Source: a virus
Taxonomy: Duplodnaviria; Caudoviricetes
Reading direction: 5' to 3' (one strand)
Virus record (IMG/VR): IMGVR_UViG_3300005805_000146
Location: 1 to 44,810 of that record
DNA: 44,810 nt
The notes under the pieces were generated by a model. The model made no database searches and was not told the origin of the DNA. It worked only from the letters and a program-made list of their open reading frames with translations. This document shows positions 19,789 through 29,462 of the stretch, in pieces (the first letter of the stretch is position 1; the number at the start of each line of letters is the position of its first letter). A program made the translations under genes and the position numbers.

Positions 19789-21337
19789 GCTCTTCTTCAT
19801 ACAACTTGACCAGCGCAGCATGGGTATCCACGCGGCTTGCCAAATTCTTAAACATGCGGCGCTCGATGTCGCTGCCTTGGATGTGAACTACCGTTACCTT
19901 GTCAGACGTCTGCCCCACCCGGTCAGTCCGGGCACAGCACTGCAGATACGTCTCCACGCTCATCACAGGCCCCCAGAACACCACCGTATCAGCGGCGGTC
20001 AGCGTCACGCCGTGCGACGCTGCCTGTGGCTGGATGACCAGCACACGGGGGTTCTGCTCGGTCTGGAACTGCTTGAAGATTGCCGTGCGCTTGGTGGGTG
20101 ACACGTCACCGTGAATCTGTGCGCACTCAATGTTGTTCTTCTGCAAAAAGTCCGTGATGGTGTCGATACTGTGGCGGTACGCAGCGAAGATCAGAACCTT
20201 GCGGCTGGTTTCCTCCAGCACCTCCATGAGCACGTTCAGGCGTGGTTTGCAGTCGAACTCCACCACCTCGGCGTTGTCCGTGTACGCAGCCCCTGCGCTG
20301 ATCTGCAGCAGCTTGTTGACGCCTGCCGCAGCGTTGACCGCAGTGATTGTCTCGCCTGCCGCCTGCATGACCATCCGGTCTTTTAATAACTGGTAGTACT
20401 TGGCTTGCTGGGCAGTTAGCGGTACTTCCCGCGTGACCGTCATGACCGGAGGCAGGTCAAGGCACTGCTCTTTGGTAAACCGGATCGCAGGCTGAAGCAC
20501 CTCGTGCACATCGTCGCCTGCCGTGGGCTTGGGTAGCCACTTAAACCGCGTGGCCTGATACATCACCTTGTCACGCCAGCCAGTGTAGAACTTGGGCACA
20601 GCCTGCGGGTTGACCATACGCGCCAGACCATAGGCATCCAGCGGAGACTGCGCTGCCGGGGTTCCCGTCATCATCCACAGATGCGTGGTGGGCGTGACGA
20701 TTTTTTGCAAGGACTTGAAGCGCTTGGTGCTGACGTTCTTGTAGGCGTTGGCCTCATCGACAATGATCAGATCAAACGTGCCATCTTTGACAACCTCGTC
20801 AGCAATTAAGTTCAGGCCATCGTAGTTCGTGATGACGAACTCATAATCACCATTAACCATCTCCAGCCTACGTGCGGCCTGCGCGTGGTGGGCTACGATC
20901 GCACTGCGGTGGATGATGCTGTTGTTCAAGTCCTGCAGCCAAGCCGACGTCATGATCGACAGCGGACACAGTATGAGGCAGCGTCGCACTTCACCCACGC
21001 GCATCAGATAGTCAGCCGCCCAGAGCGCCGACATAGTTTTGCCAGTGCCGGGTTCTGAGAATACAAACGCCTTACGGTTAAGCGTTAGGAACGAAGCTGT
21101 CTCGCGCTGGTGCGCAAAAGGCTGGAAGCGCCCCGGCCAATCGTATTTCCCGTCGATGGGCGATATAACTTTCTTGACGCCCAGATTGCGTAAGACCCGC
21201 GCTTCGTCCAGACCAAAGTGGACAACGACTTCATAGATGCCATCTTTTTCTCCAAGAATCTTGTGTTTTGGAATAATTGAATATTTAGACGGGTCACGCG
21301 TTTTTAAAAGAATTAACTTGTTGTCGATGATCTGCAT
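19778..21337 (-). CDS. SNF2-like superfamily 2 helicase
   Basis: EPGTGKT Walker A, IVDEA, MTGTP, SHGVTLT, QCCARTDRVGQ motif VI. Confidence 0.92.
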   Translation of the reverse strand: MQIIDNKLILLKTRDPSKYSIIPKHKILGEKDGIYEVVVHFGLDEARVLRNLGVKKVISPIDGKYDWPGRFQPFAHQRETASFLTLNRKAFVFSEPGTGKTMSALWAADYLMRVGEVRRCLILCPLSIMTSAWLQDLNNSIIHRSAIVAHHAQAARRLEMVNGDYEFVITNYDGLNLIADEVVKDGTFDLIIVDEANAYKNVSTKRFKSLQKIVTPTTHLWMMTGTPAAQSPLDAYGLARMVNPQAVPKFYTGWRDKVMYQATRFKWLPKPTAGDDVHEVLQPAIRFTKEQCLDLPPVMTVTREVPLTAQQAKYYQLLKDRMVMQAAGETITAVNAAAGVNKLLQISAGAAYTDNAEVVEFDCKPRLNVLMEVLEETSRKVLIFAAYRHSIDTITDFLQKNNIECAQIHGDVSPTKRTAIFKQFQTEQNPRVLVIQPQAASHGVTLTAADTVVFWGPVMSVETYLQCCARTDRVGQTSDKVTVVHIQGSDIERRMFKNLASRVDTHAALVKLYEEELAS

Positions 21338-21576
21338 TATTTGTTGTCTCCCTGATTCACGCTTTTGCCCCGCAGACGCAGGTTGCCTTTAGTTGACTTG
21401 CCGCCTTTTCGCAGGGGCTTAATGTGATCTATATCTTTACCGCTACGGTCTATCCCCATCTTGTCGTACATGCGCCGCGCTCTCTGGCGCTCGTGCTGTG
21501 CGCTGTCGGGACCGGACTTGCCGGTCTGCAGATCACGCTTGTACTCCTTTTTGTAATCACGTTTTCTTGTAGCCAT
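21337..21576 (-). CDS. Small HNH endonuclease
   Basis: DIDHIKPLRKGG...NL...N HNH pattern. Confidence 0.8.
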   Translation of the reverse strand: MATRKRDYKKEYKRDLQTGKSGPDSAQHERQRARRMYDKMGIDRSGKDIDHIKPLRKGGKSTKGNLRLRGKSVNQGDNK

Positions 21577-21585
21577 GTTGGCCTC

Positions 21586-22257
21586 CTAATGCTTCGGGTT
21601 ATGTTCACACGTTGTTACCGGGCACCACGGGCACAACGGCGTTGGGTTGGGATTCCACACTCCGTTGCTGTGACACGCTGCTAAACGAGCTACGCGCTCA
21701 CGGTAACGCCACCAATTAAAATCTTCTTCGTCAATGTTCATCTCATGCTTGACCATCGTGTTCTTCACCACAAAGAGTAGCGCCGACTTCACGCGCTTTA
21801 CATGTGGGAAATGCCTGAACACCATCAGCGACATCAACACAAGCTGGTCACGGTCTGGATACTTGTCGTTCCCTGTTTTGTAATCCACTACATACGCTGT
21901 GTAGTTGTCGTCGTTGACGATGATCAAGTCTGCGATGCCTCGCACCCACACGTTCTCGCTCTTGAAGTCGCAAGGGTTTAGTTCTTCCGTCAACCCCATC
22001 TCATACTCTGCAAACTTCCTGCCCGGTCTGGCAACCAGCGAGTCCAGCACCGGTTTCATAAACTCGAACTGCGGAGGCAGCGGTGTGTTGTCTTTGATGT
22101 ACAACTCTGCGGCTTCGTGCAACTGCTTGCCATACCGGGTCTGCTCTGTGTCAGGGAACGGATAGTTCTTCAACACTTTCACTTCATGATAGCGACGCGC
22201 ACAACCTTCAAAATCTTTTAGCGCACTGTGTGACCACTTAATTTTTGCAGTTATCAC
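21586..22257 (-). CDS. PD-(D/E)XK Cas4/RecB-like exonuclease
   Basis: SHSAL..FEGC, G..LH, RGIAD, VDYKTG, QL and C-terminal CPWC...C. Confidence 0.88.
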   Translation of the reverse strand: MITAKIKWSHSALKDFEGCARRYHEVKVLKNYPFPDTEQTRYGKQLHEAAELYIKDNTPLPPQFEFMKPVLDSLVARPGRKFAEYEMGLTEELNPCDFKSENVWVRGIADLIIVNDDNYTAYVVDYKTGNDKYPDRDQLVLMSLMVFRHFPHVKRVKSALLFVVKNTMVKHEMNIDEEDFNWWRYRERVARLAACHSNGVWNPNPTPLCPWCPVTTCEHNPKH

Positions 22258-24218
22258 TTAGCTTCTCCATAGCGTTGGGCAGCGTCAATATCTGCCTTTA
22301 ACGGGATGCCCGGCATATACTCCGGGTCAGCGACCATCTGGTCGTACACCCACGGCAGTGCCTCTGAAACATCAGATTCTGGGACCAGCACCACCACCTC
22401 ATCATGCACAGTTAAAACGCAGCGATAGCGCTCTTGAATACGCAGCATACCGTCTGTCATGACGCAACGAGCCACTGCCTGAACGATGTTTTCAGTCAGC
22501 TTCCCGCCGTATAACTTTGTCTTGTTCTCGCCGTAGAACCACTGCAAGCGGCCTTTTTCGTCAAGCTCGAACGCCAGATCAGGATAGCGCAGACACAGGC
22601 CGCTTGGCAATACCACCTCACCTTTTCTGAAGGTCAAGCACTTGTACGTGTACTCGTTGCCTTTGTACAAACTACGCTCAATCAGCGCTTGGCACATCTC
22701 CCAAAATGTCAGCACCGGCTCTGAGGCGTCCCGATACCTGTCGATAATCTCTTTAGCAACTACGCAGTGCACCAGCAGTTCAGCGTCCGTGCAGGTGTGG
22801 GGAATCTCTGCCATCTTCTTGACGTTGACATCCCACTCCATGAACCGCTGCACCTTGTCAGCGGTGATGCCCAGCGCACGTGCATCCTTCTTCGTGTACC
22901 GCAGGGGCGGTGCGCCCAGAAACCCCGTCAGTAGCTGCGCTGCGAACGATGCCCAGCCTAGCCCATAGCCTGCACCCAAGAGCGCTGACTTTGCTGACTG
23001 ACGCTCCACCGGGTGCGTATCTTTGGTCATGCCGGGGATGTTAAACATCTGTGCGCCGAACAGCGAGTACGGGTCAGAGGTTTTTAGCATCTCCAGCAAC
23101 GGTCCGTGGTCAGCCAGATACGCCAAGACTCGCGGCTCAATCTGCGAGAGGTCACTGACAATCAGCTTGTACCCATCAGGCGCAAGGATGGATTTGCGCA
23201 GGAACGACCCGCGCTTCATGTTCTGCATGTTGATGCCGCTGCCCTTGCTGGCAGACCAGCGCCCGGTGTGAGCGCCGTAATAATTCAATGGGACGGGGAG
23301 TGTTCCTCGTCGGGAGATGTCCAGAAATCGCTGCGCTCGCGTACGCTCCAGTGTAGACTTGACTCGCAATCGTGCCTCACACAAGAGTCGAACGTCGTCT
23401 CGTTCGCTATTAAGTAAGGCTTGGAAATGCGCGTCCTTTTTAGATAAAGCAAGCGTCTTTTTACCCGTTGTTTTGCTAACTTTGTATGGTACGTCGCATC
23501 CCAAAGACTCCAGTAAACCTGCGAATTTAGGGTTACTCGCAAGCGCGCTATCTTCCACCTCAAGACGGGCAAGTAACGCCTCACGTTGCTCTCGCTCTTC
23601 ATCCACAGCGTCTGCCAGCATCTCAGGGTCAAGGAGAAGCTTTGGCTCAGTAAACATCTTGAGCGTGAGATCAATGAGCTGAAGCTCTTTGCGTGGGTAG
23701 CCTTTAACCAGCCGCTGAAACACTTCCACGCAGAGGAACACATCGTGCGCACAATAGTCAGCCAGCTCATTTTCTATTTCTTCCGTGAGTTCTGAAAGTC
23801 CGTCGGTAGAGTGAACGGCTTCTCCCTTGGGGGGCAAGCCAAAATCCTTAGCCAGTTGAGCAAGGCTATTGCCAGACTCAACACCACGTAAAGCCCGAGC
23901 CATAGATAGGCTATCAAATATGAAAACAGGACGAATCCCGTATATCCATGAGAGGATTGCCACATCAAACTGAGCATTATGAGCAAGCACGGCAGTCCTG
24001 CTCCAATCAATATCTCCCAGAAAAGCGGGGATGTCTTCGTGCGTAACCCATGTAGTAGTTTCATAATCATCATTCAACCAGTAATAGCAAAGACCGAACG
24101 CCTTGAAGCGCTCGTCACGGATGTATTCCTCCGTTGTCAGCTTCGACAACGTGTACTCTTTGCTCGACCAGCGCGTCTCGAAGTCGATGCAGATTATCCT
24201 GTCGTATGGACGCTTCAA
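22254..24218 (-). CDS. polA: DNA polymerase family A with 3'-5' exonuclease domain
   Basis: DFET and HNAQFD exonuclease motifs; HTGRWS; motif A DLSQIEPR; motif B RQSAKSALLGAGYG; motif C VHDE. Confidence 0.95.
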   Translation of the reverse strand: MKRPYDRIICIDFETRWSSKEYTLSKLTTEEYIRDERFKAFGLCYYWLNDDYETTTWVTHEDIPAFLGDIDWSRTAVLAHNAQFDVAILSWIYGIRPVFIFDSLSMARALRGVESGNSLAQLAKDFGLPPKGEAVHSTDGLSELTEEIENELADYCAHDVFLCVEVFQRLVKGYPRKELQLIDLTLKMFTEPKLLLDPEMLADAVDEEREQREALLARLEVEDSALASNPKFAGLLESLGCDVPYKVSKTTGKKTLALSKKDAHFQALLNSERDDVRLLCEARLRVKSTLERTRAQRFLDISRRGTLPVPLNYYGAHTGRWSASKGSGINMQNMKRGSFLRKSILAPDGYKLIVSDLSQIEPRVLAYLADHGPLLEMLKTSDPYSLFGAQMFNIPGMTKDTHPVERQSAKSALLGAGYGLGWASFAAQLLTGFLGAPPLRYTKKDARALGITADKVQRFMEWDVNVKKMAEIPHTCTDAELLVHCVVAKEIIDRYRDASEPVLTFWEMCQALIERSLYKGNEYTYKCLTFRKGEVVLPSGLCLRYPDLAFELDEKGRLQWFYGENKTKLYGGKLTENIVQAVARCVMTDGMLRIQERYRCVLTVHDEVVVLVPESDVSEALPWVYDQMVADPEYMPGIPLKADIDAAQRYGEAK

Positions 24219-24481
24219 TTCAGCACCCTTTTCGGACCGCCTTCTGTCTCCACAATAATCTCATATGCGCTGGTCAGCATCATGCTCAGTGTGTTGAAGT
24301 TAGCGTTGAATGTGTACGTCTGCATGCGCCCATCATCGTCGTCATACACCAGAAACACAGCGTGTTTAGTCTGCGTGGTTTGCATTAACGCTTTGCGAAA
24401 AGCGTTAACGGCTTCTTCAATGAACTGCTCTTTCTCTTTGTCGTTGCCGGTGTCGAGAGCCTCGCGTAGTTCTTCTGTCAT
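24215..24481 (-). CDS. Hypothetical protein
   Basis: 88-aa ORF with ATGA overlaps on both sides. Confidence 0.7.
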   Translation of the reverse strand: MTEELREALDTGNDKEKEQFIEEAVNAFRKALMQTTQTKHAVFLVYDDDDGRMQTYTFNANFNTLSMMLTSAYEIIVETEGGPKRVLN

Positions 24482-24750
24482 AAATAGTCCAGTTCGTTTA
24501 AGTTATCTTCGTTGATGACGTATGTCATACCACCTGCGTTACGTATCTTTTCCATCTCTGCTTCCTGCAGTGGCGTGGGTTTGTTCTTGCCTGCCTTGCA
24601 CTCGATGCCGATGAACGTGCCTCTGTAACAACAGATTATGTCTGGTACTCCTGATCTGCCGTAGCCTCCTGTCTGCGGCGTAAAGTAATAAATGTTCTTG
24701 GCTTTAAGTATCTTGTAAACCTTGGCTTTTACTTTGGCTTCCGGGGTCAT
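24478..24750 (-). CDS. VRR-NUC domain nuclease (Holliday junction resolvase-like)
   Basis: TPEAKVK, GVPD, IECK, PTPLQ. Confidence 0.9.
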   Translation of the reverse strand: MTPEAKVKAKVYKILKAKNIYYFTPQTGGYGRSGVPDIICCYRGTFIGIECKAGKNKPTPLQEAEMEKIRNAGGMTYVINEDNLNELDYL

Positions 24751-25675
24751 AGCGCTCCAGCAGTTGATCTGCTTCCTTGAAAATGGTTTCGAGAGAAGTC
24801 ATCTGTGGTTGGTAGCCAATCTCCGCGGCTCGGTGATGCTTTGAATAATAGTTCGGTTTCCTGCCTGTGGGCGCGTGGAATATCCGTTCTGCAATCTGAA
24901 ACTGCAGCCCGTACCTGTGGTTCAACGCCTCCAACAACATGCGTTTGCTTATGGGTTCTTTTGTATATACATCCAGCGCGGCATTGAACCCCGGCACTGC
25001 CAAAATACACATAATCAAACGGTGTAAATCTTCGGGTCCAATGAAGTCCCGCATCAGCGGAAAGTCATCAATAGCGTAGGGGGTAGGGTCAACCCCGCGC
25101 TGGCGCAGGATAGCGTTCATCATCTCCATAATCATAAACTTCGAGGACAGCGGCATTGTGCTGCTGAAGTAGTTAAACACACGCAAGTCCACTATGTGTT
25201 TGGTGTACATGACGCGATGCCTGACCTCTGCCATCCACTTCGCCAGCCCATAATAGTGGTGCTTGCTTATGCTAGATGGATAAGTAATCGGTGTACCACG
25301 CTCAACTGCTTTATCAAACGTGCCGCCATACGCCGCCCCGCTGGAGATAAAGATGTACCTTGTCTCAGGTTTGCGCAGGAACTGCATCGACAACTCGTCA
25401 TACTCTTTGGTGATGTCAAAGATGCTGTCCTGCATATTCAGCAGGCGCACGGGGTCACCCACACCCACGAAGTTAATCACTGCGTCAACGTAGAACTGCC
25501 TACCCTTTAACACGTTGTAGTGCAGCGACGTAAAGCTGGTGTACCCGATGTTTCTCATGAACTCCTGCACAGCATCAGGCTTGCGCGAGAACAAGAGCAA
25601 CGCATGCTCATCATTACATTGAATGATGAAGTCCTTGGCAATCTGGCTGGTCGCCCCGATGATGGCAATCTTCAT
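24704..25675 (-). CDS. NAD-dependent epimerase/reductase (extended SDR) acting on an NDP-sugar
   Basis: IAIIGATSQIA Rossmann motif, ISSGAAYG, YGLAK (YxxxK), LRVFN, RDFI. Confidence 0.88.
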   Translation of the reverse strand: MKIAIIGATSQIAKDFIIQCNDEHALLLFSRKPDAVQEFMRNIGYTSFTSLHYNVLKGRQFYVDAVINFVGVGDPVRLLNMQDSIFDITKEYDELSMQFLRKPETRYIFISSGAAYGGTFDKAVERGTPITYPSSISKHHYYGLAKWMAEVRHRVMYTKHIVDLRVFNYFSSTMPLSSKFMIMEMMNAILRQRGVDPTPYAIDDFPLMRDFIGPEDLHRLIMCILAVPGFNAALDVYTKEPISKRMLLEALNHRYGLQFQIAERIFHAPTGRKPNYYSKHHRAAEIGYQPQMTSLETIFKEADQLLERYDPGSQSKSQGLQDT

Positions 25676-26409
25676 AGCTTCACCACCATCTCAGCCGCTA
25701 GTTCTTCGTCAGACAGGAAAGGAAGCATGTCATGCAGCGGCGCTTGTTTACCGTTCTTAAAGTTCTGCGCGGGTAAGATTTGCTGGCTCTCTGTGCATAG
25801 CACTTCTACAATGTGCGGAGCATTCAGCTTAAACACCGATTGGAAATGCTTATCCATTGTGGTAACGCTCCATGTCTTTGTGGCAGAAATGTTGAACGAT
25901 TCTGCAATTGCAAGAAAATCTGGAAACCACACGCCAGTTTCAGGGCTAACGCCATGCACCCTGCCGCCATAAAAATTAGTTTGTGTATTCTTAATGCTCA
26001 AATACCCACGGTTGTTCAAGATGATGATCTTGATGGGCAGGTTGTGCTCACGGATAGTTGCCAGCTCCTGCATGTTCGACATGAAGCTGCCATCGCCCAC
26101 GATACAGATGACGTTCTTTGCGCCTGCTTTAGCTACGCCTATGGAACCCGGTAACGCCCAGCCCATGTCGGCCTGAGATTGAGACATGGCTATGCGCTGC
26201 TGTGCTCGGATATTTGCCATCTGTGGGAGCATGTAATAAGCAAACCCTGCATCACACAGGTAGACCGCATCGTCTGGGGCGTGAGTAGTGATGGCATTCA
26301 TTACCGCGTATACGTTCAGGCCGTTTGTATCATCCAGATATTCTGGTTGCATAACAGGCCACTTAGCCTTCCAATGCTGGCACTTTGCAATCCACTCTTG
26401 TCTTGTCAT
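25672..26409 (-). CDS. ThDP-dependent enzyme, C-terminal (PP) half; YerE/acetolactate synthase-like
   Basis: MGWALPGSIG and the GDGSFMSN...LNN ThDP/Mg motif. Confidence 0.88.
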   Translation of the reverse strand: MTRQEWIAKCQHWKAKWPVMQPEYLDDTNGLNVYAVMNAITTHAPDDAVYLCDAGFAYYMLPQMANIRAQQRIAMSQSQADMGWALPGSIGVAKAGAKNVICIVGDGSFMSNMQELATIREHNLPIKIIILNNRGYLSIKNTQTNFYGGRVHGVSPETGVWFPDFLAIAESFNISATKTWSVTTMDKHFQSVFKLNAPHIVEVLCTESQQILPAQNFKNGKQAPLHDMLPFLSDEELAAEMVVKL

Positions 26410-27416
26410 TGCATCACCTTAAAAAATCTATCTAAGCGTGTGCACAGCTTGTGGTTTACCGGCACAACATCTTTCTCAAGCTCACTTACATCAATGTCCA
26501 CGTATATCTTTTTGCTGGCAGGGCTGAACTGTTTGGGGTCATAACCAATGACGCCTGCGTTTAAAGAAGTCCCCAGTATCAGCAGCAAGTCAGCGTTCTG
26601 CATGGCGAAGTTCCCATACCGTGTGCCACGCAACCCTACCGCACCCATGTTCAGAGGGTGGTCATAAGGCATGTAGTCCTGTGCACCAAAAGAAGTAACA
26701 AACGGTAGCTGGTATTTAGTAACGAACTGCGCAAACTGTTCCACGCAGCCAGATTGCCGCACCCCCATGCCTGCCAAAACAACCGGACGCTGTGCGCGCT
26801 CTAACAAAAGCTGAATGCTGCTTACATCAAACAGATCGCCTTCCATCAATACGGGTTTGAACGACGGTGAATTTTCAGGCATTTCTGCGCCTTGTATATC
26901 GCTGGGTACGTCTATCCATACAGGACCGCGCCTACCATCCAACGCTAAGTACACAGCCATTTCTATGTGATGCTTCACATGCGCCGGGTCTTGCACAAAC
27001 TCAGAATACTTTGTCATGTTTTTAAACGTGTCCGTTATGCCGTGCTCTTGCAGTCCATAGTGCCGTAACGTAAGACCTTTACGCTCATTTATCCACTGAG
27101 CGCATGTATCTTTCCTCACGTTGCCCGATAGAAAAAGAACAGGAACGCCATCTTGCCAAGCGTTCAACACACTGGTCGCGCAGTTCGTACCCCCGCAACC
27201 GGTGGTCGGGTTGACCACCGCCAGCTTGCCTGTGTACTTAGCTTCGCCAATCGCTGCATGCCCAGCGCCTTGCTCATGGTGATAGCAGATGTACTCGATG
27301 CCGCCGTGCTTGATGAACCCATCGTTCAGCCCCGCCGCACCACCGCCCATCAGCCCATGCACACGGCGTACACCGTTGCTGTGCAGGTACTCTGCTATCC
27401 AATCAGCGACTCTCAT
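26406..27416 (-). CDS. ThDP-dependent enzyme, N-terminal (PYR + central) half; YerE/acetolactate synthase-like
   Basis: Starts MRVADWIAEYL (TGATG overlap with rfbH); catalytic HHEQ, TTGCGGTN, GPVWIDVP, RPVVLAGMG, ADLLLILG. Confidence 0.88.
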   Translation of the reverse strand: MRVADWIAEYLHSNGVRRVHGLMGGGAAGLNDGFIKHGGIEYICYHHEQGAGHAAIGEAKYTGKLAVVNPTTGCGGTNCATSVLNAWQDGVPVLFLSGNVRKDTCAQWINERKGLTLRHYGLQEHGITDTFKNMTKYSEFVQDPAHVKHHIEMAVYLALDGRRGPVWIDVPSDIQGAEMPENSPSFKPVLMEGDLFDVSSIQLLLERAQRPVVLAGMGVRQSGCVEQFAQFVTKYQLPFVTSFGAQDYMPYDHPLNMGAVGLRGTRYGNFAMQNADLLLILGTSLNAGVIGYDPKQFSPASKKIYVDIDVSELEKDVVPVNHKLCTRLDRFFKVMQ

Positions 27417-28675
27417 CAGAAGTTCCCCATAAACATATCGATCTTCTCGATCATGTAGTCGAGCATCTCTTTGGTCAGCGCTGGCTGTACGCCAACCCAC
27501 AACAGGTTATTCATTACCGCATCTGACTCCGACAAGCCGCCCACCACACGGTAGTTCCTGCCCTGCATGTACGGTTGCTTGGTTACGTTGCCAGCGAACA
27601 GCAGGCGTGTGCCAATCTTGTTGTCATTCAGGTAGCGCACGAACGTGTCACGGTCGAAGTCAACATCGTTTAGCAGGATGGGGAAACCAAACCACGAAGG
27701 GTCAGCGTCGGGGTAGATCGTAGGTGTCAGCAAGCTCCATGCGTACTTGTCCAGCCCTTTCAAGAGGTAGTTGTAGTTATCCCTGCGTGCCTGTACGAAG
27801 TTGTCGATTTGCTCTAGCTGCGCCACGCCACATGCTGCCTGCATCTCCGTGATCTTCAGGTTGTAGCCTGCATGGGTGAAGATGTACTTGTGGTCGTAGC
27901 CACAGGGTAGCTGCCCCTGCTGCTGATCAAAGCGCCTGCCGCACGTGTTGTCCCTGCCCGGCGAGCACCAGCAATCCCTCCCCCAATCCCTGAACGACTC
28001 CACCGCACGCGTTAACGTCCTGTCGTTGATGATGACCGCCCCACCCTCGCCCATCGTGATGTGGTGCGCAGGAAAAAAAGACAAGGTAGCCAGATGACCA
28101 AACGTGCCCACCTTCTGCCCCCGCCATGTAGCGCCCAGCGCATCGCAGCAGTCCTCGATCAACCACAGGTTGTGACGCTCCACCAGAGGCATGATTTCTT
28201 CAAGGTTGAACGGATTGCCCAGCGTGTGCGCAATGAAGATGGCGCGGGTCTTGGGCGTGATGGCGGCTTCTAGTGCGGCAGTGTCAATGTTCAACGTGGT
28301 GTTGATGTCAAGGAACACCGGCACGCAGCCGTTCTGGAGGATGGGATTGATGGTCGTGGGAAAGCCGCAAGCCACAGTGATGACTTCATCACCGGGCTTG
28401 ATGGCGCGACTACCCAGCGTGGGGGAGGTGAGCGCGGAGAACGCCAGCAGGTTGGCTGAACTGCCTGAGTTAGTGGTGCGTATGGTAGGGGGCTGCATGG
28501 AGAACAATCTTTCAGTGCTTCCCAGATACTCACCCAGCATGTTCTCGAACTGCGCGTTGAACATGCCAGCAGTCAGCCAGCCGTTGTCCACGGCGGTGTG
28601 CATGTATTCTTTTTCTCGTGCCCCCACCACCTGCCCGGAGGCAGGGATGAAGGTTTCTCCGGGTATGAATGTCAT
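27416..28675 (-). CDS. rfbH: NDP-4-keto-6-deoxyglucose 3-dehydrase (E1/DdhC/RfbH), PMP- and [2Fe-2S]-dependent
   Basis: DegT fold with SFFPAHHITMGEGG (His replaces the Schiff-base Lys), EDCCDA, RDCWCSPGRDNTC and YDHKY. Confidence 0.92.
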   Translation of the reverse strand: MTFIPGETFIPASGQVVGAREKEYMHTAVDNGWLTAGMFNAQFENMLGEYLGSTERLFSMQPPTIRTTNSGSSANLLAFSALTSPTLGSRAIKPGDEVITVACGFPTTINPILQNGCVPVFLDINTTLNIDTAALEAAITPKTRAIFIAHTLGNPFNLEEIMPLVERHNLWLIEDCCDALGATWRGQKVGTFGHLATLSFFPAHHITMGEGGAVIINDRTLTRAVESFRDWGRDCWCSPGRDNTCGRRFDQQQGQLPCGYDHKYIFTHAGYNLKITEMQAACGVAQLEQIDNFVQARRDNYNYLLKGLDKYAWSLLTPTIYPDADPSWFGFPILLNDVDFDRDTFVRYLNDNKIGTRLLFAGNVTKQPYMQGRNYRVVGGLSESDAVMNNLLWVGVQPALTKEMLDYMIEKIDMFMGNF

Positions 28676-29454
28676 ACAGGCGTCCGTTCAGGGGTTGGGG
28701 TTTGTGCGATCTCAGTGGGGGCTGGCATCAGTTGCCCGTCGAACTTGTGTGTGCCGATGTGCCCAAGCTGCGCCCACGGCGCTGCCCATACTGTGCCGCC
28801 ACACTTCTCGCGCCATATCTTGCAGAAGTGATAGTCCTCGGACAGCAGGCGCTCACCAATCGGCTCGATGCTGGTAGCGAAGAACTCATGAATACGGTCT
28901 TGCCCGATGTTGCCGCCCAGATCGTTGGTGTCGTTGATGTAGGTGGGAACGTGCTCTTTCAGTTGCTCAAACACCTCGCGTTTGATCAGCATGAAGCCTG
29001 TACCGCCGTTCCATATCTCGGTGGGATGCCCAATATCAACCCGCGCCTGATCAGCGTAGCCTACGAGATTGACGACGAACGAGCCAGAGTATTTGCGAAG
29101 CTCGTGCGGAGGAACACCAGCCTGTGCTGCTGCGTGAATAGCGTTCCAGTTAATCTCTTTCTTGGGGTAGATGCCACAGATGATCGGCTTGTCGGCCAGC
29201 AGCATGGGCAACACGTCCTGTGGGTTGAAGTGGATGTCAGCGTCAATGAACATCAGGTGCGTGAAGTCGGTACGCAAGAAGCCATGCACCAGTGCGTTGC
29301 GCGCACGTTGAATCAGCGACTCGTTAAAGAGGAAGCTGCATGCCGTGTCGATGCGGTTATCCCGCAGCATGTTTTGCAGACTGAGAAGGGACTGCGCGTA
29401 GTAGCCAGCGCACAGTCCTCCGTACATTGGGGTTGCGATGAAAAGCTTTGCCAT
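28672..29454 (-). CDS. GT-A fold glycosyltransferase-like protein (paralog A)
   Basis: IATPMYGG, ESLIQRARN, FIDADI (DxD), GIYPKK, GTGFMLIKR, LSEDYHFC. Confidence 0.8.
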   Translation of the reverse strand: MAKLFIATPMYGGLCAGYYAQSLLSLQNMLRDNRIDTACSFLFNESLIQRARNALVHGFLRTDFTHLMFIDADIHFNPQDVLPMLLADKPIICGIYPKKEINWNAIHAAAQAGVPPHELRKYSGSFVVNLVGYADQARVDIGHPTEIWNGGTGFMLIKREVFEQLKEHVPTYINDTNDLGGNIGQDRIHEFFATSIEPIGERLLSEDYHFCKIWREKCGGTVWAAPWAQLGHIGTHKFDGQLMPAPTEIAQTPTPERTPV

Positions 29455-29462
29455 GATTTCTC

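Noticed and set aside
25672-27416. Acetolactate synthase as a branched-chain amino acid auxiliary metabolic gene, or a frameshifted pseudogene
   Set aside because: It sits between rfbH and an NDP-sugar SDR with no ilv genes nearby; both halves are intact with a coupled restart.
27416-28675. Plain DegT sugar aminotransferase
   Set aside because: The catalytic Lys is replaced by His and the Fe-S cysteine motif is present, which indicates a 3-dehydrase.
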